Positions 31,886 through 40,979 of a DNA stretch of 64,000 nt are shown here, piece by piece. Within the stretch, counting starts at the first letter, position 1, and every line of letters begins with the position of its first letter. The position numbers and the translations under genes are program-made. Origin of the DNA: a virus (taxonomy: Duplodnaviria > Caudoviricetes); IMG/VR virus record IMGVR_UViG_3300023179_000027, positions 1-64,000 of that record; one strand, given 5' to 3'. The notes below the pieces were generated by a model, which was given only the letters and a program-made list of their open reading frames with translations, was not told the DNA's origin and searched no databases.

Positions 31886-32772
31886 AATGTAATTGTCCTA
31901 TCTATTCCTTCACTATAACTAATTTTTGGTGTCCAACCTGTCATTGTGGTAAGTTTATTATGATTACTATTTAACCAATATATTTCGCCTGGCCTAGGAG
32001 GTTTAGTATAGTATTTTACAGTACCACTAAAATTAAGTTTATTTGCAATTAAGTCTACACAGTCACTTATTTTTCTTGGATCATTTGGCCCAATTGTAAA
32101 TATTTCATTATTAAATATAGCATATTTTTCAATTATGGTTAAGTATAAAGTAATTAAATCATCAATATAGATAAAATTTCTATAAGGTTCAGGATATCCT
32201 AGATTAACTATTTTTTTAGTAAGCATTTGCGTAATTATTTGTTCAGTGACAAAGTAATCGTTATCATTTCTACCGTAACTATTAGTTTGACGTAAAGCAA
32301 CATAAGGCAAACCATATGACCGATTAGCATACTCTAAATATTTTTCACAACCATATTTGGCAACTGCATATGGTGCGTTTGGATTAGGAACTGTAGTTTC
32401 ATCAAACGTAATAGGTACAAAATCTAAATTATTTTTTATTTGATCACTTATAGGTTGCCATCCATATACTTCCATTGTACTAGCAAACAAAAAAAAGGGT
32501 AACTTTTTACAAAGTCTACAGCTTTCAATTAAATTTACTGTTCCTACATAATTTATTTCACTAAAGGTAACTTGTTCTACAAAACTTTCTTGTACCTCTG
32601 TACGAGCAGCCAAATGTACTACAATGTCTGGTTGTAAAGATAAAACTTCTAATTTTACTTTTTCATAATCTCTAAGGTCATTTTTTAAACTTACAGTTTG
32701 TCCATATTTATTTAAATATGGAATAAGATTTTTACCTATAAAACCACTTGAGCCTGTAATTAATATTTTCAT
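31864..32772 (-). CDS. NAD-dependent nucleotide-sugar epimerase/dehydratase
   Basis: ITGSSGFIG, HLAA, YAVAK (YxxxK). Confidence 0.92.
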   Translation of the reverse strand: MKILITGSSGFIGKNLIPYLNKYGQTVSLKNDLRDYEKVKLEVLSLQPDIVVHLAARTEVQESFVEQVTFSEINYVGTVNLIESCRLCKKLPFFLFASTMEVYGWQPISDQIKNNLDFVPITFDETTVPNPNAPYAVAKYGCEKYLEYANRSYGLPYVALRQTNSYGRNDNDYFVTEQIITQMLTKKIVNLGYPEPYRNFIYIDDLITLYLTIIEKYAIFNNEIFTIGPNDPRKISDCVDLIANKLNFSGTVKYYTKPPRPGEIYWLNSNHNKLTTMTGWTPKISYSEGIDRTITLWRTQKI

Positions 32773-32795
32773 TATGCTGTTTTATTAAATAGTAG

Positions 32796-33392
32796 ATGTT
32801 TGAATATATAACAAATTTTGAAAAAATTATTGCTGATTTTTATAATGCACCTTACGCAGTAGCCACAGATTGTTGTACTCACGCTATTGAATTATGTTTA
32901 CGGTTGCAAAAAATAAAACAAACCTCTGTTCCTAAGCATACATATTTATCGATACCTATGACTTTAGATAAATTAAACATATATTATGAATGGAGAGATG
33001 ATTATTGGCAAAATTTTTATTATTTTTCTAATACCAATATTATTGATGCAGCAGTATATTGGAAAAAAAATGGATATATTAAAGACACATTTATGTGCTT
33101 AAGTTTTCAACATAAGAAGCATTTAAGTTTGGGTCGAGGAGGTTGCATACTCTTAAGCAATGAACAAGATTATTTAGAATTAATTAAAATGTCATATGAC
33201 GGAAGAAGTCGTGATAAGCCTTGGGCAGAACAAAATGTTACAACAATTGGATACCATTATTACATGACACCTGAAACAGCCTTACTTGGTATTGATAAAT
33301 TTTACCAAATAACAGACATAGTACCAAAATTTTGGTCGTATAATGACTATCCTGATTTATCAAAATTAAAGGTATTTTCACATGTTAAGTAA
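32796..33392 (+). CDS. DegT/DnrJ/EryC1/StrS-family PLP aminotransferase (short form)
   Basis: YAVATDCCTHAI, IDAA, SFQHKKHL..GRGG, GYHYYM. Confidence 0.8.
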   Translation: MFEYITNFEKIIADFYNAPYAVATDCCTHAIELCLRLQKIKQTSVPKHTYLSIPMTLDKLNIYYEWRDDYWQNFYYFSNTNIIDAAVYWKKNGYIKDTFMCLSFQHKKHLSLGRGGCILLSNEQDYLELIKMSYDGRSRDKPWAEQNVTTIGYHYYMTPETALLGIDKFYQITDIVPKFWSYNDYPDLSKLKVFSHVK

Positions 33393-34365
33393 AAATGAAT
33401 GGGATCCACTTAAAAAGGTTATTGTTGGTATAGCAGACAATGCTCAAATACCTAAGGATGATATAAGTTTACGTCTAGTAAATTATGCTGATAAAGATGA
33501 TAGCTATATTGTTAAAACAGGATATTATCCTCAACAAGTGATTGATGAAGCAAATGAAGATTTAGAAAAACTAGTGGACGCTCTTAAAAAAGAAAATGTT
33601 GAGGTGTGTAGACCTAATTCTACAGTTGCAAACAATTATTATAATTATTGTCCTAGAGATAGTGTATTAGTTTATGATGATTTAATACTTGCGACTCCAC
33701 AGCCATTACGTGCTAGACAAAATGAGTATATATCAATGGATAGCATATTTACTAGTTATAACAATGTTCGTTATGTTAAAAAAAATGCAAAGAAGTTAGA
33801 TAGTTTATATAATAAAAATTGTATCGGTAATAAAGACATACTCGCACTTAATGAAACCGAACCATGCTTTGATGCTGCAAATATAATTAGAGATAATGAT
33901 AATTTATATTATTTAGTGAGCAACAGTGGGAATGAAGCAGGTGCTGATTACCTACAAGAGTTAGTAGGTAGTAACAAAAAGGTTTACAAGATAAAAGGAA
34001 TATATGCATATATGCATATTGACAGTACCATTACATTATTACGTGAAGGGTTAATGTTATTAAATCCAAGTAGAGTAAAAAGTTTAGAACAATTACCTAA
34101 ACCGTTACAATCATGGGATGTAATTTGGTGTCCTACCCCACAGTTTGAATATCATTATCCACAATACTGTCATGCTAGTGTATGGATAAATGTTAATTTA
34201 TTAAGTATTAATCCCAATTTGGTTGTCATACATGAAAATGAAACAAATTTACGGAAAGAGTTAAATAAGCACAATATTGATTGTGTAATGTTACCAGGTA
34301 GGCATCAAAGAACTTTGGGTGGTGGATTTCATTGTGTTACATTAGATTTAGAGAGAAAACATTAA
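33382..34365 (+). CDS. amidinotransferase (StrB1/glycine amidinotransferase family)
   Basis: NEWDPLKKVIVG, CPRD, FDAAN, HIDS, GGGFHCVTLD; Asp-His-Cys triad intact. Confidence 0.92.
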   Translation: MLSKNEWDPLKKVIVGIADNAQIPKDDISLRLVNYADKDDSYIVKTGYYPQQVIDEANEDLEKLVDALKKENVEVCRPNSTVANNYYNYCPRDSVLVYDDLILATPQPLRARQNEYISMDSIFTSYNNVRYVKKNAKKLDSLYNKNCIGNKDILALNETEPCFDAANIIRDNDNLYYLVSNSGNEAGADYLQELVGSNKKVYKIKGIYAYMHIDSTITLLREGLMLLNPSRVKSLEQLPKPLQSWDVIWCPTPQFEYHYPQYCHASVWINVNLLSINPNLVVIHENETNLRKELNKHNIDCVMLPGRHQRTLGGGFHCVTLDLERKH

Positions 34366-36189
34366 TTAAATCACTGTAATTTTGTTTTTTAACAATCCTA
34401 GTCTTCTAAATCTGTAATAATTCCAAGTTAATGATTTTGTTTTATGTAACTCTCTTGGAGCTACTTTAATATCAATATTTTTATCATATACTTCTGTCAA
34501 TGTGAAATCTGTATTAATAATTACAGGAAAGTCTAGTTTAGGATCATAAATGTAATATTTTTGCAATTCATATATATGGTCAGGGGTTTTAAAAAATTCA
34601 TTAGCAACATCTTTAGCCAAATCAAATATTAATTCTTTATTATCATATAAAAATTCATATGTTGAAGTATGTAAGGCATGTCCTCCACCTTGTATCTGTT
34701 TTCCATCTTTTTTAATTATACTGCCTGAACTCAAATACAATGCAGTTGCTTCTTTGAGTAAGTTAAATTGGTCCTTTATAAAGCTATTTTCTAATTTTGT
34801 AAATAATTTGTCATAAAATTGTCTATACGATACGTTGTGTTTTTCTCTCATATAACGTGCAAATACCTGTGTATAACCTGTAATATGAAATTGTATTATC
34901 ATCCATCCATACATGTATGCTTCAATAAAATCATCTGTTGTCATTGTACTAGTTTGATTTATCAAATTTATTTTTTCTTCTACCTCAGGATCCTCAGGAC
35001 ATTTATCTACATACATTGGCATATAATTTTTAAAATTTGTAGTAACACTTTTAATTCCATATTTAAGTTTTGAATTTAATGAATTTAACTCACTATTTTC
35101 TAGTAATTGTCCAAACCATTGTTCAATATTTTGGTGTTGACCCATTTCTAATATATCATTATATCCCTGTTTCCATGAATCCAGTGTTTCAAGTGGCATA
35201 CCCAATATTAATTCAGTATAGGTTATAACATCATATTTTTCACTTAATTTCATTAAAGTTTTAATGTTATTAATTTCCATGTTGGTTCTTTTGATTGCTT
35301 CTAATGTAGATTCATTCATACTTTGCATACTAATAGTAAGTCCCCTACTATAGGGACCTATTATTTTTGCTATTTCAAAATTTAATTCAGTAGAATTTTT
35401 TGCTGACTGCAAGTTTATACTGTCAACTGTTTTGCTTCTATCCGCTACATCCCTTAAAATTAGTGCAATTTGCCTATCACGTTCTTTAAAAATTCCGAAA
35501 TTTGCATCAGCACATATTATGTATCCAATTGGCTTATTTACAATCCATTCTAATTCATTTTTAATTTTTTCAATATCAAATTTTTTTACTTTACTATAAG
35601 TTACGCCTCCCCAATCACAAAACGTACAAGCATAAGGACATCCTCTATTAGTCTCAAATGTAAAGCTCCATAATGCTTTAGGATTTTCATCTATTATTTT
35701 GTCAAACACCCCTGTTGTATATGGACTGGGGATATCTAAATTATCTAATCTTTTCTTGTCATAAAATGTTTTTAATTTTTTATCTGATATGGTATCACGT
35801 AATATTTCTAAAAAGTTTTCTTCACCTTCTGCCATTACTATGCTGTCAATAAATTCATAGTTTAATAGTTTTCCACTAGCTTGCGGTCCACCAAAAATGA
35901 TTCTACAATTAGGAAATTTTTCCTTAATCATTTTTGCCATTTTTAAATTATATCTTTCATTCCAAATATAAGTGCTAAAACCACAAAGTGTAGGATTTTC
36001 TACTTTATTTAAAACTTCTATTGGATTATCTCTTGCATAAAATAAGTCTTTTAGGATAAAATTATCTTTAATGTCATCAAACTGATTAGCGTAAGACCAT
36101 ATGCATCCAGAACTATATGGTAACCAATAAGTATCTTCATTGTCGATTGTTACATTATGTTGTGGCTGAAAAAGATATAAATTTTTCAT
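34366..36189 (-). CDS. B12-binding-domain radical SAM protein
   Basis: GFSTYIWN, IIFGGP, EGE, ETNRGCPYACTFCDW. Confidence 0.9.
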   Translation of the reverse strand: MKNLYLFQPQHNVTIDNEDTYWLPYSSGCIWSYANQFDDIKDNFILKDLFYARDNPIEVLNKVENPTLCGFSTYIWNERYNLKMAKMIKEKFPNCRIIFGGPQASGKLLNYEFIDSIVMAEGEENFLEILRDTISDKKLKTFYDKKRLDNLDIPSPYTTGVFDKIIDENPKALWSFTFETNRGCPYACTFCDWGGVTYSKVKKFDIEKIKNELEWIVNKPIGYIICADANFGIFKERDRQIALILRDVADRSKTVDSINLQSAKNSTELNFEIAKIIGPYSRGLTISMQSMNESTLEAIKRTNMEINNIKTLMKLSEKYDVITYTELILGMPLETLDSWKQGYNDILEMGQHQNIEQWFGQLLENSELNSLNSKLKYGIKSVTTNFKNYMPMYVDKCPEDPEVEEKINLINQTSTMTTDDFIEAYMYGWMIIQFHITGYTQVFARYMREKHNVSYRQFYDKLFTKLENSFIKDQFNLLKEATALYLSSGSIIKKDGKQIQGGGHALHTSTYEFLYDNKELIFDLAKDVANEFFKTPDHIYELQKYYIYDPKLDFPVIINTDFTLTEVYDKNIDIKVAPRELHKTKSLTWNYYRFRRLGLLKNKITVI

Positions 36190-36194
36190 AAAAG

Positions 36195-37154
36195 TTATTT
36201 ATATTTGGGGATTTTACTATCCGCTGAACTAACGCATCTTTGAGTAATGCATTTTGTTGGGTGTTGAAATAAAATAAAATCTTTTAAAGTTCCCATTGGG
36301 ATGTCCTTACAACTATAACTACGTCTTACCTCATTCAATCTTATTACCAAACTTTGATACCCACTATTACAATTCCAATCTTTAAATTGATTAAAATTAA
36401 ATGCATTAAATCGTTCAGCCTGATCTATATAATAAACGTTATGTTGTTCATCATATAATTTTACTTGTAAAAGTTCTTTATCATTAATTTTTTGAGGTAA
36501 GCCTGATTTCATAATATTTATCATATCCTCTGTATACTCTGTAATTACATTACTAGCTGTTAAATCACTCTGTGGCTTAAGAGTAACGTTTATTCCTTGT
36601 TCACTAAATCTTAAACATCTTTCATAAAGTTCATAAAACAATTTTGGTACCATTACCTGATTTACAGTAACAAATACATTATTATTCATTAACCATAATA
36701 TTTTTTCTATAAATTCTGACTCAATTGCAAATTCATGATGAAAGCTTGCTGTCAAACTACGTCTAATAGAATTTTTAGTTAATTCAACATATTTGTTCCA
36801 ATACTGTAATCCTGGACTTAAGTTTGTTGTCATATGTATACTATCTCCATCTATTTCTTTTAACAAATAAAACAAATGTTTATAGGCTGTAGGTTCACCA
36901 CCGCTGAATGACCAATGGAATTTTGTAAATTTATTTTCTTTTGCCAAATGTTTAATTTTAGCTATAGTGTTTATGTATAAGTCTAATTCTTGATAATCGG
37001 GAATATCGGCATGTGCATATGGCCAACAGTAGGAACAATTATAATTACAAAATCGTCCTAATATCCAACTTATTGTAAATAAATCTGTATCAAGTAAAGT
37101 TTCTTGCCCAAATTTTATAATTTTATTAAATGGGATTTTCGTAAAATCTGTCAT
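36195..37154 (-). CDS. radical SAM protein with C-terminal Cys cluster
   Basis: CNYNCSYC, GGEP, CNSG..SC..C..C; related to 23289. Confidence 0.9.
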   Translation of the reverse strand: MTDFTKIPFNKIIKFGQETLLDTDLFTISWILGRFCNYNCSYCWPYAHADIPDYQELDLYINTIAKIKHLAKENKFTKFHWSFSGGEPTAYKHLFYLLKEIDGDSIHMTTNLSPGLQYWNKYVELTKNSIRRSLTASFHHEFAIESEFIEKILWLMNNNVFVTVNQVMVPKLFYELYERCLRFSEQGINVTLKPQSDLTASNVITEYTEDMINIMKSGLPQKINDKELLQVKLYDEQHNVYYIDQAERFNAFNFNQFKDWNCNSGYQSLVIRLNEVRRSYSCKDIPMGTLKDFILFQHPTKCITQRCVSSADSKIPKYK

Positions 37155-38688
37155 ATTGTTCTTTTAACCAATCATAGTCATTAATTAACATCAATTTTTC
37201 TTTATTATTTTTATTGGCTAAACCGTAAGACCTACCGTATAAAGCACCATCAATACAATATTTGCCAAATGGTTTATCAAGTCCTTTTGTACACCAAACG
37301 TGTAAACGTTCTGCTGTGTCTAAGGTATTTTGGTTATTTATTTGCTCACTTGCCAATTTACTACATTCTCTAAAAGCACTTCTCCATGTATTAAAGGAAT
37401 TAGTATTAAATTTAGTTATATTACTTAATTCATTTACTCGCTCATAAATTATTCCTAAACTTGTGGACATGTCAGGATCAGTTTTTTTTAACCTTGCTGT
37501 AATAGTCCTAGGTAAAAGTTTAACTGCACCATATCCATATTCTAGATCATTAATGCAATTTTTAGCTCTCCACACTCTTATTTTAGGTTGGTCATAAAAC
37601 GGCACTTTATAATCAAAATTAAATGAATCTAGTATTTCTGCATCTCCATCCACTACATAAAAATAATCTGTTTTACATAACATAGCAGCTTTTATATGAG
37701 CATTGTGTATGCCTTTTACTTTTTGAATACGCAGTGCTCTAGGAAATCTTTTTGTAAGATGTTTATAATTTTCATCAGCAAAGGTTTCATCGTAGTCTAT
37801 GAAAACAATGTCGTAAGGTATGTCATCAGGACAACGTAATATAGGTTTTACTTGGTGTTTATAATTAAAACTTTCATTTACAGAATAAACATCATCTACT
37901 ATATCTTTATCCAATAGTATGTTTATTTTATTACCTAATTCATTACATAATTCTAATAGATTAGTAGAATAATTTTTCATGTGAAATAATGAATTTAAAT
38001 AATCAAAATCGTGTAAATTTTTTAAATCAAAATTTATTAGGCTTTTATAAACTCCCAATCGAGCTCCATAAATTGCAAATAATCCATTTTCTACATCCGC
38101 TCCAATATGCATCCAGTTATATAATCTATCAAAATTTCTCCAGTCTAGGCTATTCAGGTCTGAAATAAGTTTTCCATTCTCAAGCAACAACTTGACTCCC
38201 TCACGAAAACCTGCACGCCATGCTTGTAAAGGACTTGAATTAATAATAATATCACTGGCAATATGGTTTAACTGTATATAATTACTTAAATCAAAATCTA
38301 CTAATGTACTTAAATCATTACTATTTTCATGTGTTTTCATCGTCCTAATAATTTTAAGAGGCCAACATTTTATACCACCGTTACCATACTGTTGTCCATT
38401 AATGATATTGTGTGCAGTAAAACTTACAACTTTATCATTATAATTGTTTACAAGATATTTTTGTTTATAAAAATCATCTCTAACAAAATTATCTCCATCT
38501 ACTATAATGACGTGGCTATCGCTAGGAAATAAGGCAGCAACTTTTTTATGTGCGGCGTCACTGCCTTTTATACCATGTACTCTTTTGGCCTTTGGACATA
38601 CTAATAATAAATTTTCAAAGTTTTTTTCACAGTTAGGTTCATCATAACTTAAAAATACAGTCTGATAATTATTGGGATCTAAAAACAT
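37126..38688 (-). CDS. protein with two tandem glycosyltransferase-A-like domains
   Basis: Internal duplication: FLSYDE..GIKG..VDGD..WRAGFRE and FIDYDE..KVKG..VDGD..WRSAFRE; DxD motif in each half. Confidence 0.65.
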   Translation of the reverse strand: MFLDPNNYQTVFLSYDEPNCEKNFENLLLVCPKAKRVHGIKGSDAAHKKVAALFPSDSHVIIVDGDNFVRDDFYKQKYLVNNYNDKVVSFTAHNIINGQQYGNGGIKCWPLKIIRTMKTHENSNDLSTLVDFDLSNYIQLNHIASDIIINSSPLQAWRAGFREGVKLLLENGKLISDLNSLDWRNFDRLYNWMHIGADVENGLFAIYGARLGVYKSLINFDLKNLHDFDYLNSLFHMKNYSTNLLELCNELGNKINILLDKDIVDDVYSVNESFNYKHQVKPILRCPDDIPYDIVFIDYDETFADENYKHLTKRFPRALRIQKVKGIHNAHIKAAMLCKTDYFYVVDGDAEILDSFNFDYKVPFYDQPKIRVWRAKNCINDLEYGYGAVKLLPRTITARLKKTDPDMSTSLGIIYERVNELSNITKFNTNSFNTWRSAFRECSKLASEQINNQNTLDTAERLHVWCTKGLDKPFGKYCIDGALYGRSYGLANKNNKEKLMLINDYDWLKEQYDRFYENPI

Positions 38689-38778
38689 TTATTATTTATA
38701 TTCATATTTTGGGAAAAAATAAACTTGTTTTTTATTTAAAAATACTATATTATTATGAATAGGAATAAATAAAATACT

Positions 38779-38904
38779 ATGATGAATACCTACTTGAAAA
38801 TAAATTTATGTCATTGGTTTAATGCCAATGAATCCTTTGCGCCAGTAAACTCATCAAGTATCCAGCGCACACAGTTAAATAGAGGATACCTGGGGATTAG
38901 GTAA
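38779..38904 (+). CDS. putative 41-aa leader (attenuator) peptide, not in ORF track
   Basis: MMNTYLKINLCHWFNANESFAPVNSSSIQRTQLNRGYLGIR*; follows TAAATA; stop lies 19 nt before a terminator. Confidence 0.6.
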   Translation: MMNTYLKINLCHWFNANESFAPVNSSSIQRTQLNRGYLGIR

Positions 38905-38923
38905 AACTAGAAAAGTTAAATCT

Positions 38924-38957
38924 AAACCCTGGGAAACTTAAAAACCCAGGGTTTTTT
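38924..38957 (+). terminator. intrinsic terminator (candidate attenuator)
   Basis: aaaccctggg / 11-nt loop / cccagggttt perfect 10-bp stem followed by a T-tract. Confidence 0.85.
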
Positions 38958-38976
38958 GTTTTATAATAGGAGAAAT

Positions 38977-39144
38977 ATGAAGGTTGACAGTAATTATGAA
39001 ATTGATGTAGAGTACGGTTTCTTTGATGAATTTGATTTTACAGAGCCATTAACAGAGGAACAGTACAGTATGCTTATTGAACGAAAGTTGAATATAGCGA
39101 AATTCTATCATACATTGGATCAGAATAGATTTAAAATATTATGA
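38977..39144 (+). CDS. small acidic hypothetical protein
   Basis: AGGAG RBS before ATG 38977. Confidence 0.65.
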   Translation: MKVDSNYEIDVEYGFFDEFDFTEPLTEEQYSMLIERKLNIAKFYHTLDQNRFKIL

Positions 39145-39145
39145 T

Positions 39146-39330
39146 AGTAGTGTATAAGGTAACGAGGGCCAAGAAACAGCACTATAAAATTGTTTCAAAC
39201 GGGCGGACAGTATACATGAAATTTGCGGAGGTAACGCACAAAGTAAGACTGCTGATTGGGGCATGACCCCAATATGCCGTGTTTAAACACGGCATTCTAA
39301 AATGTATCAAGATATATTTTGGAATGCCTG
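39146..39330 (+). ncRNA. unidentified structured RNA candidate
   Basis: Non-coding, GC-richer than flanks, five or more consecutive hairpins. Confidence 0.5.
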
Positions 39331-39353
39331 TTTATCTAGTAAATATAATCAGT

Positions 39354-39428
39354 TGGAGGTTCGCCAAGTGGTAAGGCCCCGGATTTTGATTCCGGTATGC
39401 ATAGGTTCGAATCCTATACCTCCTGCCA
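39354..39428 (+). tRNA. trnQ: tRNA-Gln(TTG)
   Basis: Cloverleaf, ccgga-ttTTGat-tccgg, GTTCGAA, CCA. Confidence 0.95.
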
Positions 39429-39431
39429 AAT

Positions 39432-39506
39432 GCTGATGTAGATCAGTGGTAGATCGCTTTCTTGGTAAGAAAGAAGTCGTGAGTTCAAATCTCGCCATCA
39501 GCACCA
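39432..39506 (+). tRNA. trnT: tRNA-Thr(GGT)
   Basis: ctttc-ttGGTaa-gaaag, CCA. Confidence 0.95.
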
Positions 39507-39518
39507 AACAAATTAACC

Positions 39519-40742
39519 ATGTATAATAGATTTGACATTATAGACTTTCAAGTGATTTATGATAAATGGATGGCTAATACCAACCCATTTAATGTTTACA
39601 TACACAGCCCCTTTTGTCAGTCAATTTGTAAGTTTTGTATCTATAAAGGGTTGAAGTACAACAATACTTTATTTGAACAATACTACGATCATTACCTACC
39701 TAAGGTAGTTGATATGTACAGTAACATTTTAGATACTAAAACTAATTTAATTACTAGTTGGTTTTTTGGTGGTGGTACACCGTCATTAATGACAGCTAGT
39801 ATGGCAGATATGTTATTTGATTCTTTACCAAACTTTGCTAATCATCCTAGTGAAAAGGTTTTTGAAATACACCCTGGTGCATACACTGTTGAACTTTTAG
39901 ATGTGCTTAAAAAATACAATTTTACAACTGTAATCATTTGCCAACAAACATTTGATATAGGCACATTAAAACGTCAAAATAGAACTGTATCAGGTATTGA
40001 TACATGTAAAAAGTTGTTTAAGGAGTGCAGAAAACGTGGATTTAAAATAGGATTAGACTTAATAGCTTTTTTAAATCAGCAACCGACTGACATACAAATC
40101 CTACAAAATGATTTAGATATTGTCAGTCAACTTAAACCTGATGAAATTAGTGTACAAACTTTGTATCAGCGTAAAGATTTGACAAGAATGGTTTTGGATT
40201 CTATCTTTAATCATAAACTCATCAAACACTATACTCCTGAATGGGCTGATAAATTGTCAAAAGATGATTTACTTGTTATCAATCAACAATTAAAATGTTT
40301 TAGGTTATTTAATAATAAGACACCTAAAAACAATGAATTTTATAGTTTTACTGGTAATATGGATCCGAATTGGCAAATTTTAAACAATCAATTACAAACA
40401 CTAGCTATTGGTTCTTATAAGAACCAATTGACACAAACACATTCAAACATTAGTGGTTTTAATTACTTTGAGACAAATATTAATAATATTGATCCAGTAT
40501 TTAAGTTTGTCACAAATGACCTAGAGCAAGAAAAGTTATATGTACAAAATGTTCTTAAAGAAGCAAACATTGTTAAATCTGTAGACGATATTGTTTATAG
40601 TCATAGTTTTATCTATGCAAGAGAGATACCTATTATGTTAGATTTTAGTGTACGTAATCTAAATGAACAAGAAGTAGATAATATTATAAAAAAGATACAT
40701 AATAAAAAAAGAATGATGTTAAAAAAATTTAAGGAGAATTAA
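39519..40742 (+). CDS. HemN/HemW-like radical SAM protein
   Basis: YIHSPFCQSICKFC, FGGGTPS. Confidence 0.85.
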   Translation: MYNRFDIIDFQVIYDKWMANTNPFNVYIHSPFCQSICKFCIYKGLKYNNTLFEQYYDHYLPKVVDMYSNILDTKTNLITSWFFGGGTPSLMTASMADMLFDSLPNFANHPSEKVFEIHPGAYTVELLDVLKKYNFTTVIICQQTFDIGTLKRQNRTVSGIDTCKKLFKECRKRGFKIGLDLIAFLNQQPTDIQILQNDLDIVSQLKPDEISVQTLYQRKDLTRMVLDSIFNHKLIKHYTPEWADKLSKDDLLVINQQLKCFRLFNNKTPKNNEFYSFTGNMDPNWQILNNQLQTLAIGSYKNQLTQTHSNISGFNYFETNINNIDPVFKFVTNDLEQEKLYVQNVLKEANIVKSVDDIVYSHSFIYAREIPIMLDFSVRNLNEQEVDNIIKKIHNKKRMMLKKFKEN

Positions 40743-40892
40743 ATGTACAAATATAAATTATGGGTAAAAATAAATGATTTTCAAACTGCCGAAACGATTG
40801 TTTATGCAAATAATGACTTTGAAGCAAAAATGTTAGGTGAAGCACAATATGGTCAAGGTAATGTATTAAATTACACAAGACTATCAGATTAA
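40743..40892 (+). CDS. small hypothetical protein (49 aa, not in ORF track)
   Basis: AAGGAG RBS; MYKYKLWVKINDFQTAETIVYANNDFEAKMLGEAQYG... Confidence 0.7.
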   Translation: MYKYKLWVKINDFQTAETIVYANNDFEAKMLGEAQYGQGNVLNYTRLSD

Positions 40893-40900
40893 AATACAAC

Positions 40901-40975
40901 TCCAGATTAGCTCAGTGGTAGAGCACTGTTTTGATAAAGCAGGGGTCGGTGGATCATTCCCACCATCTGGAACCA
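40901..40975 (+). tRNA. trnI: tRNA-Ile(GAT), atypical T-loop
   Basis: ctgtt-ttGATaa-agcag; T-loop ATCATTC; CCA. Confidence 0.9.
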
Positions 40976-40979
40976 ATAT

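Noticed and set aside
9530-38688. RiPP cluster with a precursor peptide
   Set aside because: Genes are tightly packed and I found no convincing short precursor ORF, RRE/PqqD domain, protease or exporter in the island.
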